Shown here one piece after another: positions 10,958 to 21,010 of a stretch of 64,000 nt of DNA (the stretch's first letter is position 1; each line of letters opens with the position of its first letter). The stretch is from NCBI GenBank assembly GCA_963665125.2, contig CAXXUK010000001.1, forward strand, positions 256,001 to 320,000, in the 5' to 3' direction. The DNA is from an uncultured Desulfarculus sp. (lineage in GTDB: Bacteria; Desulfobacterota; Desulfarculia; Desulfarculales; Desulfarculaceae). The position numbers and the translations under genes are program-made. The notes beneath the pieces were generated by a model. That model did no database searches, had not been told where the DNA came from, and saw nothing but the letters and a program-made list of their open reading frames with translations.

Positions 10958-11953
10958 CTAAAAAGGCGTTTCGAGTTCACCCAAGGCCATGCGTGCGATG
11001 TCGCTGATAAAAATCAGGGGCAGGTTTTTCTTTTTGGCGTCGGGGGTCAGTTGCTCGATGCACATGGGGCATAGGCAGACCATGGCCTTGGCTCCGTGGG
11101 ACAAGGCGTCGTCGAGGTTCTTCTGCCTGTTGATGGATGGATCGCCGATATTCAGCATAAAGGCCGCCCCACCGCAGCACATGCCGTTTTCACGGTCATA
11201 GTGCCGATGGACACGGTTGACGCCGATCAACTCGAAAAACCTGTCGATGAACGGTTCTTTTTCGGGGGTCAGCTTGGAAGCGCAGGGGCGCTGGTAGGCC
11301 ACATCAATATTGAGCGGGGTTACCTTGTCCTGGTTGTCCTCCAAGTATTCAACGAGATACTGCGCCAGGTGCACCGGCTTAAACGGCACCTTCACGCCGA
11401 ATTCCGGGGCCTCGCGGGCGAGCATGGTGTAGCAGTCGTCGTGAAAACACACTATTTCCTCGGCTCCTGTGTCGGCCAGACGGTCCACGAAATCCTGGGC
11501 GTGTTTTTTCTGCACGCTCTGGGCACCGGCATGGCCAAGCATCACCCAGCAGAAATACGGCTTGCCGCCCACCTTTGGTATGTCGTAGAGCTGGCCCTGC
11601 ATCAGGTGGGCGTGGGTGCGGTTGAAGATGCACCCTGACATGATCCGCCGTTTCCGCGGCGTCTGGTCCAGTTCGCCGTTGAAGGTGAACTGCCGTTCCA
11701 GGGCGTCAACCCTGTCCTGGGGAAGCAGGGTCCGGTATTTGTCCTGAAGTTCGGCGATCCTGTCGTAGGGGTTGGCCTGCTGGGGGCACCGCTCGTTACA
11801 GGAATAGCAGGTCACGCATTTGTACAAAACATCGGAGTTCTTGCCGTCGATGATCTCGTTGATCCACAAAAGGGCTGTATCGTCGTCGGCGCCGACCCAA
11901 TGGCACCCTGTAAAACACTCACCGCAAAGTATGCAGTTTTCTTCGATAAACAT
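10958..11953 (-). CDS. Heterodisulfide reductase-related Fe-S protein (4Fe-4S dicluster + CCG domains)
   Basis: CILCGECFTGC, CVTCYSCNERCP, YQRPC, MCCGG, CPMC. Confidence 0.85.
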   Translation of the reverse strand: MFIEENCILCGECFTGCHWVGADDDTALLWINEIIDGKNSDVLYKCVTCYSCNERCPQQANPYDRIAELQDKYRTLLPQDRVDALERQFTFNGELDQTPRKRRIMSGCIFNRTHAHLMQGQLYDIPKVGGKPYFCWVMLGHAGAQSVQKKHAQDFVDRLADTGAEEIVCFHDDCYTMLAREAPEFGVKVPFKPVHLAQYLVEYLEDNQDKVTPLNIDVAYQRPCASKLTPEKEPFIDRFFELIGVNRVHRHYDRENGMCCGGAAFMLNIGDPSINRQKNLDDALSHGAKAMVCLCPMCIEQLTPDAKKKNLPLIFISDIARMALGELETPF

Positions 11954-11983
11954 GTTTTTCTCCTTTGCTCCGTGTCCTCGCGC

Positions 11984-12760
11984 CTAGGACATGAGGTGGT
12001 CCAATACCTCGCGGTATCCTTCGGGGTGAACGGAGTCGTACTGCATGTGGCTGGGGAAGGGATACCTGACGATTCCAGCCTTATTGACAAACTCAAGGCC
12101 CATGATCACCCGTTCGATTTTGCTGGCCGGTATGGACAACAGACACTCGTGATCCTGGGCATTGTTGTAGCGCTCGCCAATGCCGACGAGGCCGAATTGG
12201 GGTTGATCGGTCAGCATGGTCTTGGCGATGCTGGTGGTGCAGCCCGCTCCAACAGACAAGGTGGCATCCATGGAGAATTGCTGGCCCATCAAGACATAGC
12301 CGGAGACCAACGACCATATTTGGGCGGGGTTGCCGTAGACCAGAATCACGTGAGGCTCGAACTGGGCCCTCTCCAGGGTAGCCGTCACGACGCGGTCGTA
12401 GGTGCCGTACTCGAGCTTGGCGAAACTGTTTACAAAGGTCTCGTCTGCCTCCTTGCTCAGGCCCCATATGCCTAATTCAGCTTGTCTCGTGCCGTCGGCC
12501 ACATCCGGCTTGAGCGGCGCGAAGCCAAGGCCCAGGGCCGCGACCCAGCAGGTCTGCCTGGGGCCAACGGACATGGTCCAGCCGTATTTGCGGGCCAGGC
12601 TGATTGCATGACAAACCGATATGTCTTCGTCGAAATTCTTTCCCGGAACCTTTGTCTTGTCTTGTAGAGGCTCGCCCGGTTTGAGCATTCGGACTGCCAC
12701 GGGATGGGTCTGCGGCCGCATATATTTGGTCAGTTTGGCGTATACAACATTAAGATCCAT
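11984..12760 (-). CDS. DUF169 domain protein
   Basis: HPVAVRM, SVCHAISLAR, TCWVAALGLG, PHVILVYGNPAQ, GAGC, GIGER pattern. Confidence 0.8.
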   Translation of the reverse strand: MDLNVVYAKLTKYMRPQTHPVAVRMLKPGEPLQDKTKVPGKNFDEDISVCHAISLARKYGWTMSVGPRQTCWVAALGLGFAPLKPDVADGTRQAELGIWGLSKEADETFVNSFAKLEYGTYDRVVTATLERAQFEPHVILVYGNPAQIWSLVSGYVLMGQQFSMDATLSVGAGCTTSIAKTMLTDQPQFGLVGIGERYNNAQDHECLLSIPASKIERVIMGLEFVNKAGIVRYPFPSHMQYDSVHPEGYREVLDHLMS

Positions 12761-14143
12761 TTAAACCCTCTCTTTTGAAACCACTTTTTGGAGCGGCTTG
12801 ATTAGTTCTTGTTTAAGATTTTTGGTTACGTTTTTTCGGAATTTTTCCGAATGGGCCAACTGAATTAAAACGGTATTTTTCAGCCGTGTCTTATAGTCGC
12901 TATGCGGGAATTTAAAATCGTCGAGCCTGCTGAAACGGTGCCGCCAATCCGCGACAAACGGAAAGCGGAATCTGCCCCAAAACACCTCGCGCAAGACGAG
13001 GTTTGAGCCATAACCCAGATAGGTCATCGGGCGGCAATATTCATCCATGGCGTAGCGGATCATCCTGTCGGCCATGTTACCGATTTGTTTGTCAATGGAA
13101 ACGGAGTCGCGGCATTCGTCGGTAATGAATCCGCAGGTATTCGCGTTGGTTAGCTCGAGAATAACCTCGAGGACTTCCCGGATATTTGGCGTCTGGCTTA
13201 GCGGGCCGGAAACGAGATAGGCGACCTGGACATTGTTCAACCATGGGACATGGCCATTGCAGAACGAGCGGTCGAGAAATATTTTCCATTTGGACGACAA
13301 AAAGCGGTCTTTTACCGTGCCGGCCCAGATCATGACATCGGCCTTGAGCACCTTGTCTTGCATGAAATCTATGAAGCCGTCATTGTAAATACAGGCGTGA
13401 TCATACCAGCACTTTATGCAGCCCAGGCAGGAGCCCTTTGTTTCCACGTCGCGCAGGTTTATGATTTCTATTTCTTCGGCAAAACAAGCGGCGAACCGGT
13501 TGATCATGTTTTTTAAATTGTGGTCATGGTCTTCATGGTCGGTAATTATCAGAACTCGTTTGTCCTTGGTGCTGATCTTCGATTCCGCCGCGCCGGGCTG
13601 ATAATTGAATTCTTGCCGGAAAACTGGTGGATACCCCCTTGGAAACAATGATTTTCGCTCGATGTCGGCGAACAGGTTCCTGGCAAAGATCAGAGTCTTC
13701 TTTTGGCCCTGTTCGTTCTCCAGGTCATACATTGACGGCGTGAATTGCCCCATTAGCAACATGCCGAGGTCTTCGCATATGGCCTGCATGTAGTAACAGG
13801 CGGCATGGTCCATATACTTGATTGAAGTGGTGATTATCGCGGCTGGTTTGTCCTTGAATGCGGCTTCGGCGTTACGTTCCCATATCAGCTCGATAAATCT
13901 CTTGTAGTGGCCGGGCACGAGCATATAGTAGACGGGAAACGCCCAGATAACGGCATCACTGTTGCGCACCTTGTCGATGATGCTATCGAATATTTCGGTC
14001 TTGTTCTCGATCTTTTTAATCGGCTGCGAAATATTCTCTATGGTCAGGTCGTGTTGGGGAAAATTGTTTGCAATATAATGAATATATTGCATTGTCGCGC
14101 TGGTCATGCCTTTGGGGCTACCATTCAAAACCAGTATTTTCAT
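12761..14143 (-). CDS. NAD(P)H-dependent oxidoreductase with two flavodoxin-like (iron-sulfur flavoprotein-type) domains
   Basis: KILVLNGSPK, DAVIWAFPVY, second domain with CLGCIKC...C and KIFLDR. Confidence 0.85.
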   Translation of the reverse strand: MKILVLNGSPKGMTSATMQYIHYIANNFPQHDLTIENISQPIKKIENKTEIFDSIIDKVRNSDAVIWAFPVYYMLVPGHYKRFIELIWERNAEAAFKDKPAAIITTSIKYMDHAACYYMQAICEDLGMLLMGQFTPSMYDLENEQGQKKTLIFARNLFADIERKSLFPRGYPPVFRQEFNYQPGAAESKISTKDKRVLIITDHEDHDHNLKNMINRFAACFAEEIEIINLRDVETKGSCLGCIKCWYDHACIYNDGFIDFMQDKVLKADVMIWAGTVKDRFLSSKWKIFLDRSFCNGHVPWLNNVQVAYLVSGPLSQTPNIREVLEVILELTNANTCGFITDECRDSVSIDKQIGNMADRMIRYAMDEYCRPMTYLGYGSNLVLREVFWGRFRFPFVADWRHRFSRLDDFKFPHSDYKTRLKNTVLIQLAHSEKFRKNVTKNLKQELIKPLQKVVSKERV

Positions 14144-14177
14144 CTGCCTCTTCCCTGGTTAAATACGCCGGGGCGTA

Positions 14178-14603
14178 TCATTTGGAATTTGTGGTTTTGT
14201 CTTTGGAGAAAACCAACTTAAAGGGAATTGCGATCAGGTCGCCGATTACATAGCTGAGCATGGTCAGGGCAAAAAGAATTTCCATGACCGACAGCCCTTC
14301 GGAGATCCATATGGGCGCCACGACACAGCTAAGCCAGATGACTTTGTAGGACAGCTGGAATAATAAAAGCGGTAAGAACTTGAGGGGATTGCGCAGTCCG
14401 AAGCTGGCCAGGATGGCAAACGTCAGCCACATGCTGCCGGTTATGCCCAACAGGTATTGATCTTGCGGCAGCCACCCATACATGCTGAGATAAAATTCGG
14501 GCGCGAATATTACAGTGACACCCGTAAAGCCGGGTAAAACGATCGTATAGACATACATGAACTTGAGCCAGTTCCAGCGGATCTTATAGTCTGTATTCAT
14601 CAT
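14178..14603 (-). CDS. Small 4-TM hypothetical membrane protein
   Basis: Four hydrophobic helices; PLLLFQLSYKVIW segment; GGGAG RBS; first gene of the leftward operon. Confidence 0.75.
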   Translation of the reverse strand: MMNTDYKIRWNWLKFMYVYTIVLPGFTGVTVIFAPEFYLSMYGWLPQDQYLLGITGSMWLTFAILASFGLRNPLKFLPLLLFQLSYKVIWLSCVVAPIWISEGLSVMEILFALTMLSYVIGDLIAIPFKLVFSKDKTTNSK

Positions 14604-14648
14604 TTTTCTCCCAGCGGTTATGGTTGCGGAGTGTGGTGAAAATCATTT

Positions 14649-14664
14649 AGCCAGATCCGTGCCA
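14649..14664 (-). promoter_or_regulatory. Putative sigma-54 promoter for the 14603-7341 operon
   Basis: Minus strand TGGCACGGATCTGGCT with GG-N10-GC spacing; -12 element imperfect. Confidence 0.55.
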
Positions 14665-14716
14665 GACATAAATGGGCTAATAAATCAATTACATACAAAC
14701 GGTAGAGCAGCTGAAG

Positions 14717-14751
14717 GCGGCGTATTTGACAGCAAACTGTCGTATGTGACG
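14717..14751. promoter_or_regulatory. Candidate upstream activator sites (tandem CGTAT[T/G]TGAC)
   Basis: GCGGCGTATTTGAC and AACTGTCGTATGTGACG, 20 bp apart; near-identical copy at 17276-17292. Confidence 0.5.
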
Positions 14752-14833
14752 GATCGGCCCAGGGAATTCAAAGGCCAAGCAGGATTGGTTTTGGTCAGCC
14801 TGGCGAATGGCCGGTAAATGCTTTTGGGGACGT

Positions 14834-14874
14834 AATAAAGCCCGGCCGTCCGGAAATGTCCTGGACGGCCGGGC
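14834..14874 (-). terminator. Rho-independent terminator after the second AOR gene
   Basis: 12-bp perfect stem GCCCGGCCGTCC/GGACGGCCGGGC followed by TTTATT on the minus strand. Confidence 0.7.
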
Positions 14875-14907
14875 CGTTTTGCCTACGCGGCTTGATCGCC
14901 AATACTT

Positions 14908-17007
14908 CTATTGGCGTTGCTTGCGCCTGCGCTTTTCACTCATCTTCAGGAACTGGTTCTTGAGGTTTTCCGGACTTTCGGTCATGTTGCCCATCACCTT
15001 GGCCCGAACCTTGTTCTTTATCTTCATTTTCAGGCCCTTGCCAAACTTGTCCGGCGCGGGATCCTTGATCACTTTCTGTACGGGCAAGTAATACTTTGGC
15101 TCGTTCATGCAACCCAAACGGCCCACGGAATCAAGGCGCCAGGCCACATCGCTTAGACCGAGCTCAGCCAGGCGTTCCAGGGTGGGCAGGCCGTCTTCGC
15201 ACAACCCGCGATAGGCATAGTATTCATCCAGCATGCCCTGCTTGTTCATGTCTATGCCCCTGGCCCACGAGTCCGGCTCCGGACGGCGGGTAAAACTGTC
15301 GTGACGCCTGTCCAGGCCCCGAAGGGTATTGATGGCGCGCTGGATGTGATAGCCTCTTTCGGCGGCCATCTGCAAATCAGCGCCGCTCATCGATGCGCCG
15401 GTGGCGGCATTCCAGGCTGCGGCCAGGTGGGCGGGCACCAGCTTGCCGTGGTTGAGCATGCTCAAGCCCAGGTAAAAACAGATGCCCAAACTATCTAGGA
15501 TCAGCTTGTAGTTCTCGTGCCACCACACGGCTCGGCCCTTGTCTGCGTGGGAGTTGAAGTTCATGGTTTTTTTGGTCCCGCCAAACAACAGCTTTGACGT
15601 CTGGTCGTTGATGGGTTGCAAAAGCAAATAGGGAACGCCCTTGAGGAAATCGCCGCCCCGGGGAGAAAGGGAAAACGCCAGCACAAACGGCGGCGCAGAA
15701 TGGGCGGGCCAATGCATGCCCTTCATATGCAGGGCATACTGTTCGGCGCCGTTGCCGATGGCGGCGGCGGCACCCCTGGTGCCCAGGGCCAATATGGCCC
15801 CGATGCCTTGGTTGGCGGCAACCTTTTCGATGAGTTGCTCCACGGCGGCCAGATCACCCCAACCAGGCTTGATGCCCTCTAAAAGGCTTGGATCCAGCAA
15901 CCCGTGTGCGTAGGCATCATTGAGCATGCCCACGGCTCCACAAAACTCATTGATATCAAAACCTTTTTCATTGATAAGGTTGGCTAGGTGCAGTATCGCG
16001 CCCACATCCCTGAATCCCAGGATGAGGCCCAATGTCATGATATAGGCCACTTCGTATCCATGGCCGTGTTCTCCCGCGAAATCACCGCCCAGAATCCGCC
16101 ACTGCTTGCCGCATCTGAGCGGGCATTTGTAACAACCAACATCCTTTGACTCAACAGCCTTGAGATAGGCGCAGGTATCAATGTTGGCAATGTCGCCGGG
16201 GGTTATCGGTCTGCGCCAGTTGTCGGCATACATCAGGCCCAGGGACTCTAGGGTGTGGATGAACAGCATTGTGCCGTATTTGGTAAACATCTTGGGAAAG
16301 GCCAGGCTCTTGCACCAGTCTTTTACCTGTTGGCCCAACGTATTCAATTCCTCCGCGTCATGAACCGGATTCTTTTGCTTTCCCCTGGCAATGACGATGG
16401 CCTTGAGCTTCTTGGAGCCCATGACCGCGCCCATGCCGGAGCGGGAAAAGCTGTGGGCGTTGTTTTCAAAGGTAATGTTGGCATAACGCACAAGGTTTTC
16501 CCCGGCCGGTCCGATGACCGCGGCCACCGAGCTTTTGTGCCTGGCTTTCAGAGCCTTGTCCACCTCGCCGGTGGTCATTCCCCAGATATCCGAGGCGTCT
16601 TCTATGCTGCATTGGCCATCGGGCCCAATGAGCAGATAGCCGGGCTTTGGCAAAGCGCCGGTTATGACCAGATGATCGATGCCCACGCTGCGCATCATTA
16701 CGCCCCAGATGCCGCCACCGTTGGAATCGCCGTATATATTGGTAAGCGGGCTCAGAGCCGTGGCGGTGGTGCGGGCGCTGGTGGGATAGCTGGTGCCGAC
16801 CAAAGGGCCTGCACCGAAAATCAACGGATTGTCAGGGCTCAATGGCTCGGTGTTCTCGTCTATCATGTTGTAAAGGAGCCAGGCGTTCATGCCGCCTCCG
16901 CCAATGAACCGCTGCATCTGCTCGGCCCCAAGGGACCGTCTGGCCACCTCGCCGGTATTCAGGTCGACACTCAGCAACCGTCCGGTATTCATAGTTTCTG
17001 CGCCCAT
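14908..17007 (-). CDS. Aldehyde ferredoxin oxidoreductase family protein, divergent
   Basis: SPLTNIYGDSNGGG, IGPAGEN, RSGMGAVMGSKKLKA, CYKCPLRC, DSLGIC; basic C-terminal extension. Confidence 0.88.
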   Translation of the reverse strand: MGAETMNTGRLLSVDLNTGEVARRSLGAEQMQRFIGGGGMNAWLLYNMIDENTEPLSPDNPLIFGAGPLVGTSYPTSARTTATALSPLTNIYGDSNGGGIWGVMMRSVGIDHLVITGALPKPGYLLIGPDGQCSIEDASDIWGMTTGEVDKALKARHKSSVAAVIGPAGENLVRYANITFENNAHSFSRSGMGAVMGSKKLKAIVIARGKQKNPVHDAEELNTLGQQVKDWCKSLAFPKMFTKYGTMLFIHTLESLGLMYADNWRRPITPGDIANIDTCAYLKAVESKDVGCYKCPLRCGKQWRILGGDFAGEHGHGYEVAYIMTLGLILGFRDVGAILHLANLINEKGFDINEFCGAVGMLNDAYAHGLLDPSLLEGIKPGWGDLAAVEQLIEKVAANQGIGAILALGTRGAAAAIGNGAEQYALHMKGMHWPAHSAPPFVLAFSLSPRGGDFLKGVPYLLLQPINDQTSKLLFGGTKKTMNFNSHADKGRAVWWHENYKLILDSLGICFYLGLSMLNHGKLVPAHLAAAWNAATGASMSGADLQMAAERGYHIQRAINTLRGLDRRHDSFTRRPEPDSWARGIDMNKQGMLDEYYAYRGLCEDGLPTLERLAELGLSDVAWRLDSVGRLGCMNEPKYYLPVQKVIKDPAPDKFGKGLKMKIKNKVRAKVMGNMTESPENLKNQFLKMSEKRRRKQRQ

Positions 17008-17055
17008 GATAAAAAGCCTCTCCTTCTTGCTGGCGATCTTGCTGCGGAACTAAGG

Positions 17056-17071
17056 AGCAATGGCCATGCCA
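17056..17071 (-). promoter_or_regulatory. Sigma-54 (-24/-12) promoter of the second AOR gene
   Basis: Minus strand TGGCATGGCCATTGCT, close to consensus TGGCACG-N4-TTGC, about 50 bp upstream of the start and divergent from a sigma-54 activator. Confidence 0.8.
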
Positions 17072-17275
17072 CTCGATGGGACGCGGGCTTTTTAGAAGCC
17101 AAACAAAAAAACGGAGGCCGTACCGGCGCATTCGCATAAGTGAAATAAATAGAATAATTGAATGGTTATGGTCAAGTTGACCCCTCGGATCAACAACCTC
17201 GCCCAGTTCTGCGGGTTGTTGCGTTGTCCCCGACTTTGCATTCATTTGGCCTGGTGTAATAGAATCGAGAACGCG

Positions 17276-17292
17276 AACTGTCGTATTTGACG
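17276..17292. promoter_or_regulatory. Candidate activator binding site
   Basis: AACTGTCGTATTTGACG, 16/17 identical to 14735-14751. Confidence 0.5.
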
Positions 17293-17379
17293 TTTCCGGC
17301 AAGACCGCATAAATTTGTATTTCCGGAAATCCTTTATGGCCAAACCGGCGCATCCTAGGCCGGGCGAGTAAAGACGAGG

Positions 17380-18918
17380 GTGAGAATGGACAGCAATTTT
17401 TTTTTCAAGGAAGCCACCCTGCGTATTTGCGGCACTTTGGATTTGGAAAAGGCCCTGTTTCGAACGCTTGAATTCCTGCGCCCGTACTTACCAGCGGAAA
17501 AGGCCTTTCTGCATTATTATGATCCCGTTTCAGCCACATCCACGGTCAGCGCCTCGGCCGACAACAGAGGCGGTCAGCGCCACCAAGCAAAGACCGTCTG
17601 GCCCGAGCATTGGCACCGTATGGCCGTCAACGATCAACTTCCCGCGAACATAATCATCAATGACGCCGATTCCCATGAGTTGGCCCGGCTGATGCTTAAA
17701 CCATTCATAAGCGATGACAAGTTTTCATTGTTGGTGGTTCGTCTTACTGTCGACGGTCAATGGATCGGTGGCGTCACCCTGTACGCCCCGGGCAGGGACA
17801 GGTTCGTGGAAGAGCATATGCGCCTGTTCGCCCTGCTGCGGGACCCCTTCACGATCGCCCTGTCAAATTCCCGCAGATACCAGGAACTACTGTCCCATAA
17901 AGAGTTGTTGGCCGACGACAAGCGCTACCTGGAAAAAGAACTGCGGCGGGATTATCAAGGCACCATCATCGGCGCGGACAGCGGCCTCAAGCCGGTCATG
18001 GAAAAAGTGAACCAGGTGTCCCACTTGGACACTCCGGTGCTGCTGCTGGGCGAAACAGGCGTGGGCAAGGAAATCATCGCCAATGCCTTGCACAACGGGT
18101 CACCCCGCCGCAACGGCCCTTTCATCAAGGTCAACTGTGGGGCCATCCCGGACAGCCTCATAGACAGCGAATTGTTCGGTTTTGAAAAAGGCGCCTTTAC
18201 CGGCGCGACCGCCCGCAAGCGGGGCCGCTTCGAACGGGCCCATGGCGGCACGCTCTTTTTGGATGAGGTGGGCGAACTGCCCTTGAACGCCCAGGTCCGC
18301 CTATTGCGGGTTTTACAGGAAAAGGAAATCGAGCGTATCGGGGGCAGCGAAAGCATACCGGTGGACATTCGTATCATCGCCGCGACTCACCGTGATTTGC
18401 CGTTGATGATCGAGCGGGGAGAATTTCGTCAGGATTTGTTTTTCCGCCTTCAGGTCTTCCCCATCACCATTCCGCCCCTCCGGGACCGGCTGGCGGACAT
18501 CCCCGCCCTGGCTGCCCACTTTTTGATCAAGAAATCCCGGGAACTGGGCATCTCACCCCCACCGGCCCTCGACAATAGGGCCTTGTCCATACTGGCCCAA
18601 TATAAATGGCCGGGCAATATCCGCGAATTGGAAAACGCAGTGGAGCGCGCCAGCATAATCAGCGGCAAGGGCCCGCTTTGTTTTGACGATTTGGGTTTGA
18701 ACTCGAAAACAAACGCCGGTGTTGAGCCGGAGCAGGGCGGGGGCGAAGCGCTACACCTGGATGAGGTGCTTCGCAGGCACATTGTCAAAATCCTGGAAGC
18801 CACCGGCGGCAAGGTGGGCGGCAGCGACGGCGCCGCGGAATTGATGGGCATCAACGAGTCCACCCTGCGGCATAAAATGCGTAAACTGGCTATCCCCTTC
18901 GGCCGGAAAAAACATTAG
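17380..18918 (+). CDS. Sigma-54-dependent transcriptional activator (GAF-AAA+-HTH)
   Basis: GETGVGKE, ELFGFEKGAFTGA, GTLFLDEVGE, WPGNIRELEN, C-terminal HTH. Confidence 0.95.
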   Translation: MRMDSNFFFKEATLRICGTLDLEKALFRTLEFLRPYLPAEKAFLHYYDPVSATSTVSASADNRGGQRHQAKTVWPEHWHRMAVNDQLPANIIINDADSHELARLMLKPFISDDKFSLLVVRLTVDGQWIGGVTLYAPGRDRFVEEHMRLFALLRDPFTIALSNSRRYQELLSHKELLADDKRYLEKELRRDYQGTIIGADSGLKPVMEKVNQVSHLDTPVLLLGETGVGKEIIANALHNGSPRRNGPFIKVNCGAIPDSLIDSELFGFEKGAFTGATARKRGRFERAHGGTLFLDEVGELPLNAQVRLLRVLQEKEIERIGGSESIPVDIRIIAATHRDLPLMIERGEFRQDLFFRLQVFPITIPPLRDRLADIPALAAHFLIKKSRELGISPPPALDNRALSILAQYKWPGNIRELENAVERASIISGKGPLCFDDLGLNSKTNAGVEPEQGGGEALHLDEVLRRHIVKILEATGGKVGGSDGAAELMGINESTLRHKMRKLAIPFGRKKH

Positions 18919-19032
18919 CGCGGAACAAAACCAACCTCTATACCGCGTACTGGTTGCCCAACGGTTGAGTGGGCATGGCCTTTGTGCTCTTCCTTGCGTT
19001 TTGGGCTTGGCCCCCGGAAAAATATGCCATGA

Positions 19033-19632
19033 TCACCTTTTGGAATCGGCCTCATCCCATTGCTTGACGACGGGCAGAGTGCCGCTGAATTTGTCTATTA
19101 GAAAACTCCCGCGGTCAGCCATGGCGCTAATCAGTGGCTCAATTATTGATATGGCCACCCAAAGCACGGCAATAACCAACACGGCAAACATCATGTTGAA
19201 GAAAAAATCGCCTTGTCCGGCCATAACGCTTTTTTGGATGGCGATGGCAAGCAAGGTGCCGCTCATCATAATTACTGCCCAGCCATAAATAATTAGATAC
19301 CTACGCAGCCGCCCGGTGAATCCCGCGCGTTCGCCCTTGGCCCTCCAAATGGATATTTTTAGGATGGCTTGGCCCGGGCTTTTGCCCAGCAGCAGCCCGA
19401 TCAGCCCATAAACCAGGGCGGACAGCGGTATCAACACCAGGCTTACGATGATGAAGAGAAAGACCGCGGCCGAGGCCTGTGGCCCATCCGCCGGCACTTG
19501 GCCGGGCGGCAGTCCCAACAGGTTGGACACGATACTGTCGGCCACCAAGGCGGCAATGATCAAGCAAGGAAGAAACAGAGCCGCGCTTATGAGTCCCGAC
19601 CAAAACCTATATCCCAGTCCAGCCGTTTTCAT
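19033..19632 (-). CDS. RDD-family-like membrane protein
   Basis: AGLGYRFW start, GKSPGQAILKISI, RLRRY, RGSFLIDKFSGT pattern with 4 TM helices. Confidence 0.6.
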   Translation of the reverse strand: MKTAGLGYRFWSGLISAALFLPCLIIAALVADSIVSNLLGLPPGQVPADGPQASAAVFLFIIVSLVLIPLSALVYGLIGLLLGKSPGQAILKISIWRAKGERAGFTGRLRRYLIIYGWAVIMMSGTLLAIAIQKSVMAGQGDFFFNMMFAVLVIAVLWVAISIIEPLISAMADRGSFLIDKFSGTLPVVKQWDEADSKR

Positions 19633-19720
19633 GACAACGCTCCCTTTTTAAGGTCTTGGGTCATGCGGCAACAGCCGCCGGTTCCTTCGCCCTCGCCCGG
19701 ATGCCCGGCCTTCGCCGGGA

Positions 19721-20304
19721 TTAACGTGATCCCGAGCCTTGACGTTGTTGGTCTTGTCGCCATTGAGAGCAAATTATCCGTTCTTCTGTAGCCGTCCCCC
19801 GATGACGTCTGGATCTGATTTGACAGTCCAACCGCTCGTTGGCTTCTTTCGATATTGCGGAAAATTTTGTTGAGGCATCAAGGGCCTCACAGACAATGGG
19901 GCGGGTTACTGCGATGGGCTCTCTGTTGCCTAGCTTTATGTTGAAATCCTCGAATAACCCGGAAACATTTTGGAGTTGGGCCCTGATCACCCGTTCATAG
20001 TCTTGACAAGATTGCGGTCGCGCAGGGGGCGAAGGAGTTTGGACGACTTGACTTCCGCCTCTGCTGCCGTCACCACCGGTGTCGCCGCTGTTGCCCCATG
20101 CATTGATTTGCATGTCAAATTTGGCTATCCAGTTCGTGAATCCTTCTTTGTAGCCCGTGCACTTGGTAAAAACCCTGGCCTGCTCCAACATCTGCAACAA
20201 CTCGGCTTCGGCCTTTTGGGTGGCAGCCGGTAAAGCCCGGCAAAAAGTCAGGCTCAAGGATGTGACGGCAAAAAATGATTTAAACGGAATCAACCGATAT
20301 CGCA
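19721..20304 (-). CDS. Hypothetical protein, possibly degenerate
   Basis: Part of ORF 19721-20506 from MRYRLIP; weak signal-peptide-like start and Gly/Pro linker; no recognisable family. Confidence 0.3.
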
Positions 20305-20759
20305 TGGGCGACTCCTTGAGTGAGCGGGGTGCTACGGCTGTCACAATGCTGGAGATTCGCTTATGCTCTTTCGTGGTCAGACGATGACTTTGTCGTTTTT
20401 CTGACAAACTTTTTTTGCGGCATGGCCACGGGACTTGGGAGATGGGGTGCGCGATTTCTTGGAAGTGATGCAGTTCAGCGCGATATGAGAACATGTCCGC
20501 GGTCATAGGTCTTATGAACTGGTTCTGTCGCGGGCATCATTTGCCCCCCCACATTTTATTGCAAAGTAGTTCAATTTTTAACCGTCATTCAACAAACATA
20601 TGGTCCCGGATCCACGCAAGGCACGGCCGTGGGGCGCATCTCCATGCATGATGAAGTTCCGCCTGTTCGCGAAGGCAATGCCGCCCCGGCTGGTTTCACG
20701 GGCCGGAGTTGGAAAACCCGGCGGCCGCCAAGTCGCCGGGTTCTGGTCGGTGGTTCTGT

Positions 20760-20864
20760 AAAAATGAGGCTAAAAACCTCACCGATCGGCTGCTTGACAT
20801 CCTTTTCCAGATACTTGCCGTACCCGAGCATGTTTACGCCAATGACGCATGTGTTTTCGCTTGT
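20760..20864 (-). pseudogene. 5' remnant of an SCP-x-type thiolase gene
   Basis: (T)SENTCVIGVNMLGYGKYLEKDVKQPIGEVF aligns with the N-terminus of the intact thiolase (MRDVYVIGVGMTQFAKHLDRSEKHLVAEAV); GAGG RBS precedes ACA where ATG is expected. Confidence 0.5.
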
Positions 20865-21010
20865 ATAAATCCTCGGCAATCCAACGCCGGTTGAAAGTGC
20901 CCCTCAATGTTTTGCGGTCGTCATGCTTGGACCGGTTTGATAATTGGAACTGCTTCCCATCGCGGCCGTTCCATTTAAACCATCCTCATAGCCATTGGTT
21001 GTTCGCCCGG

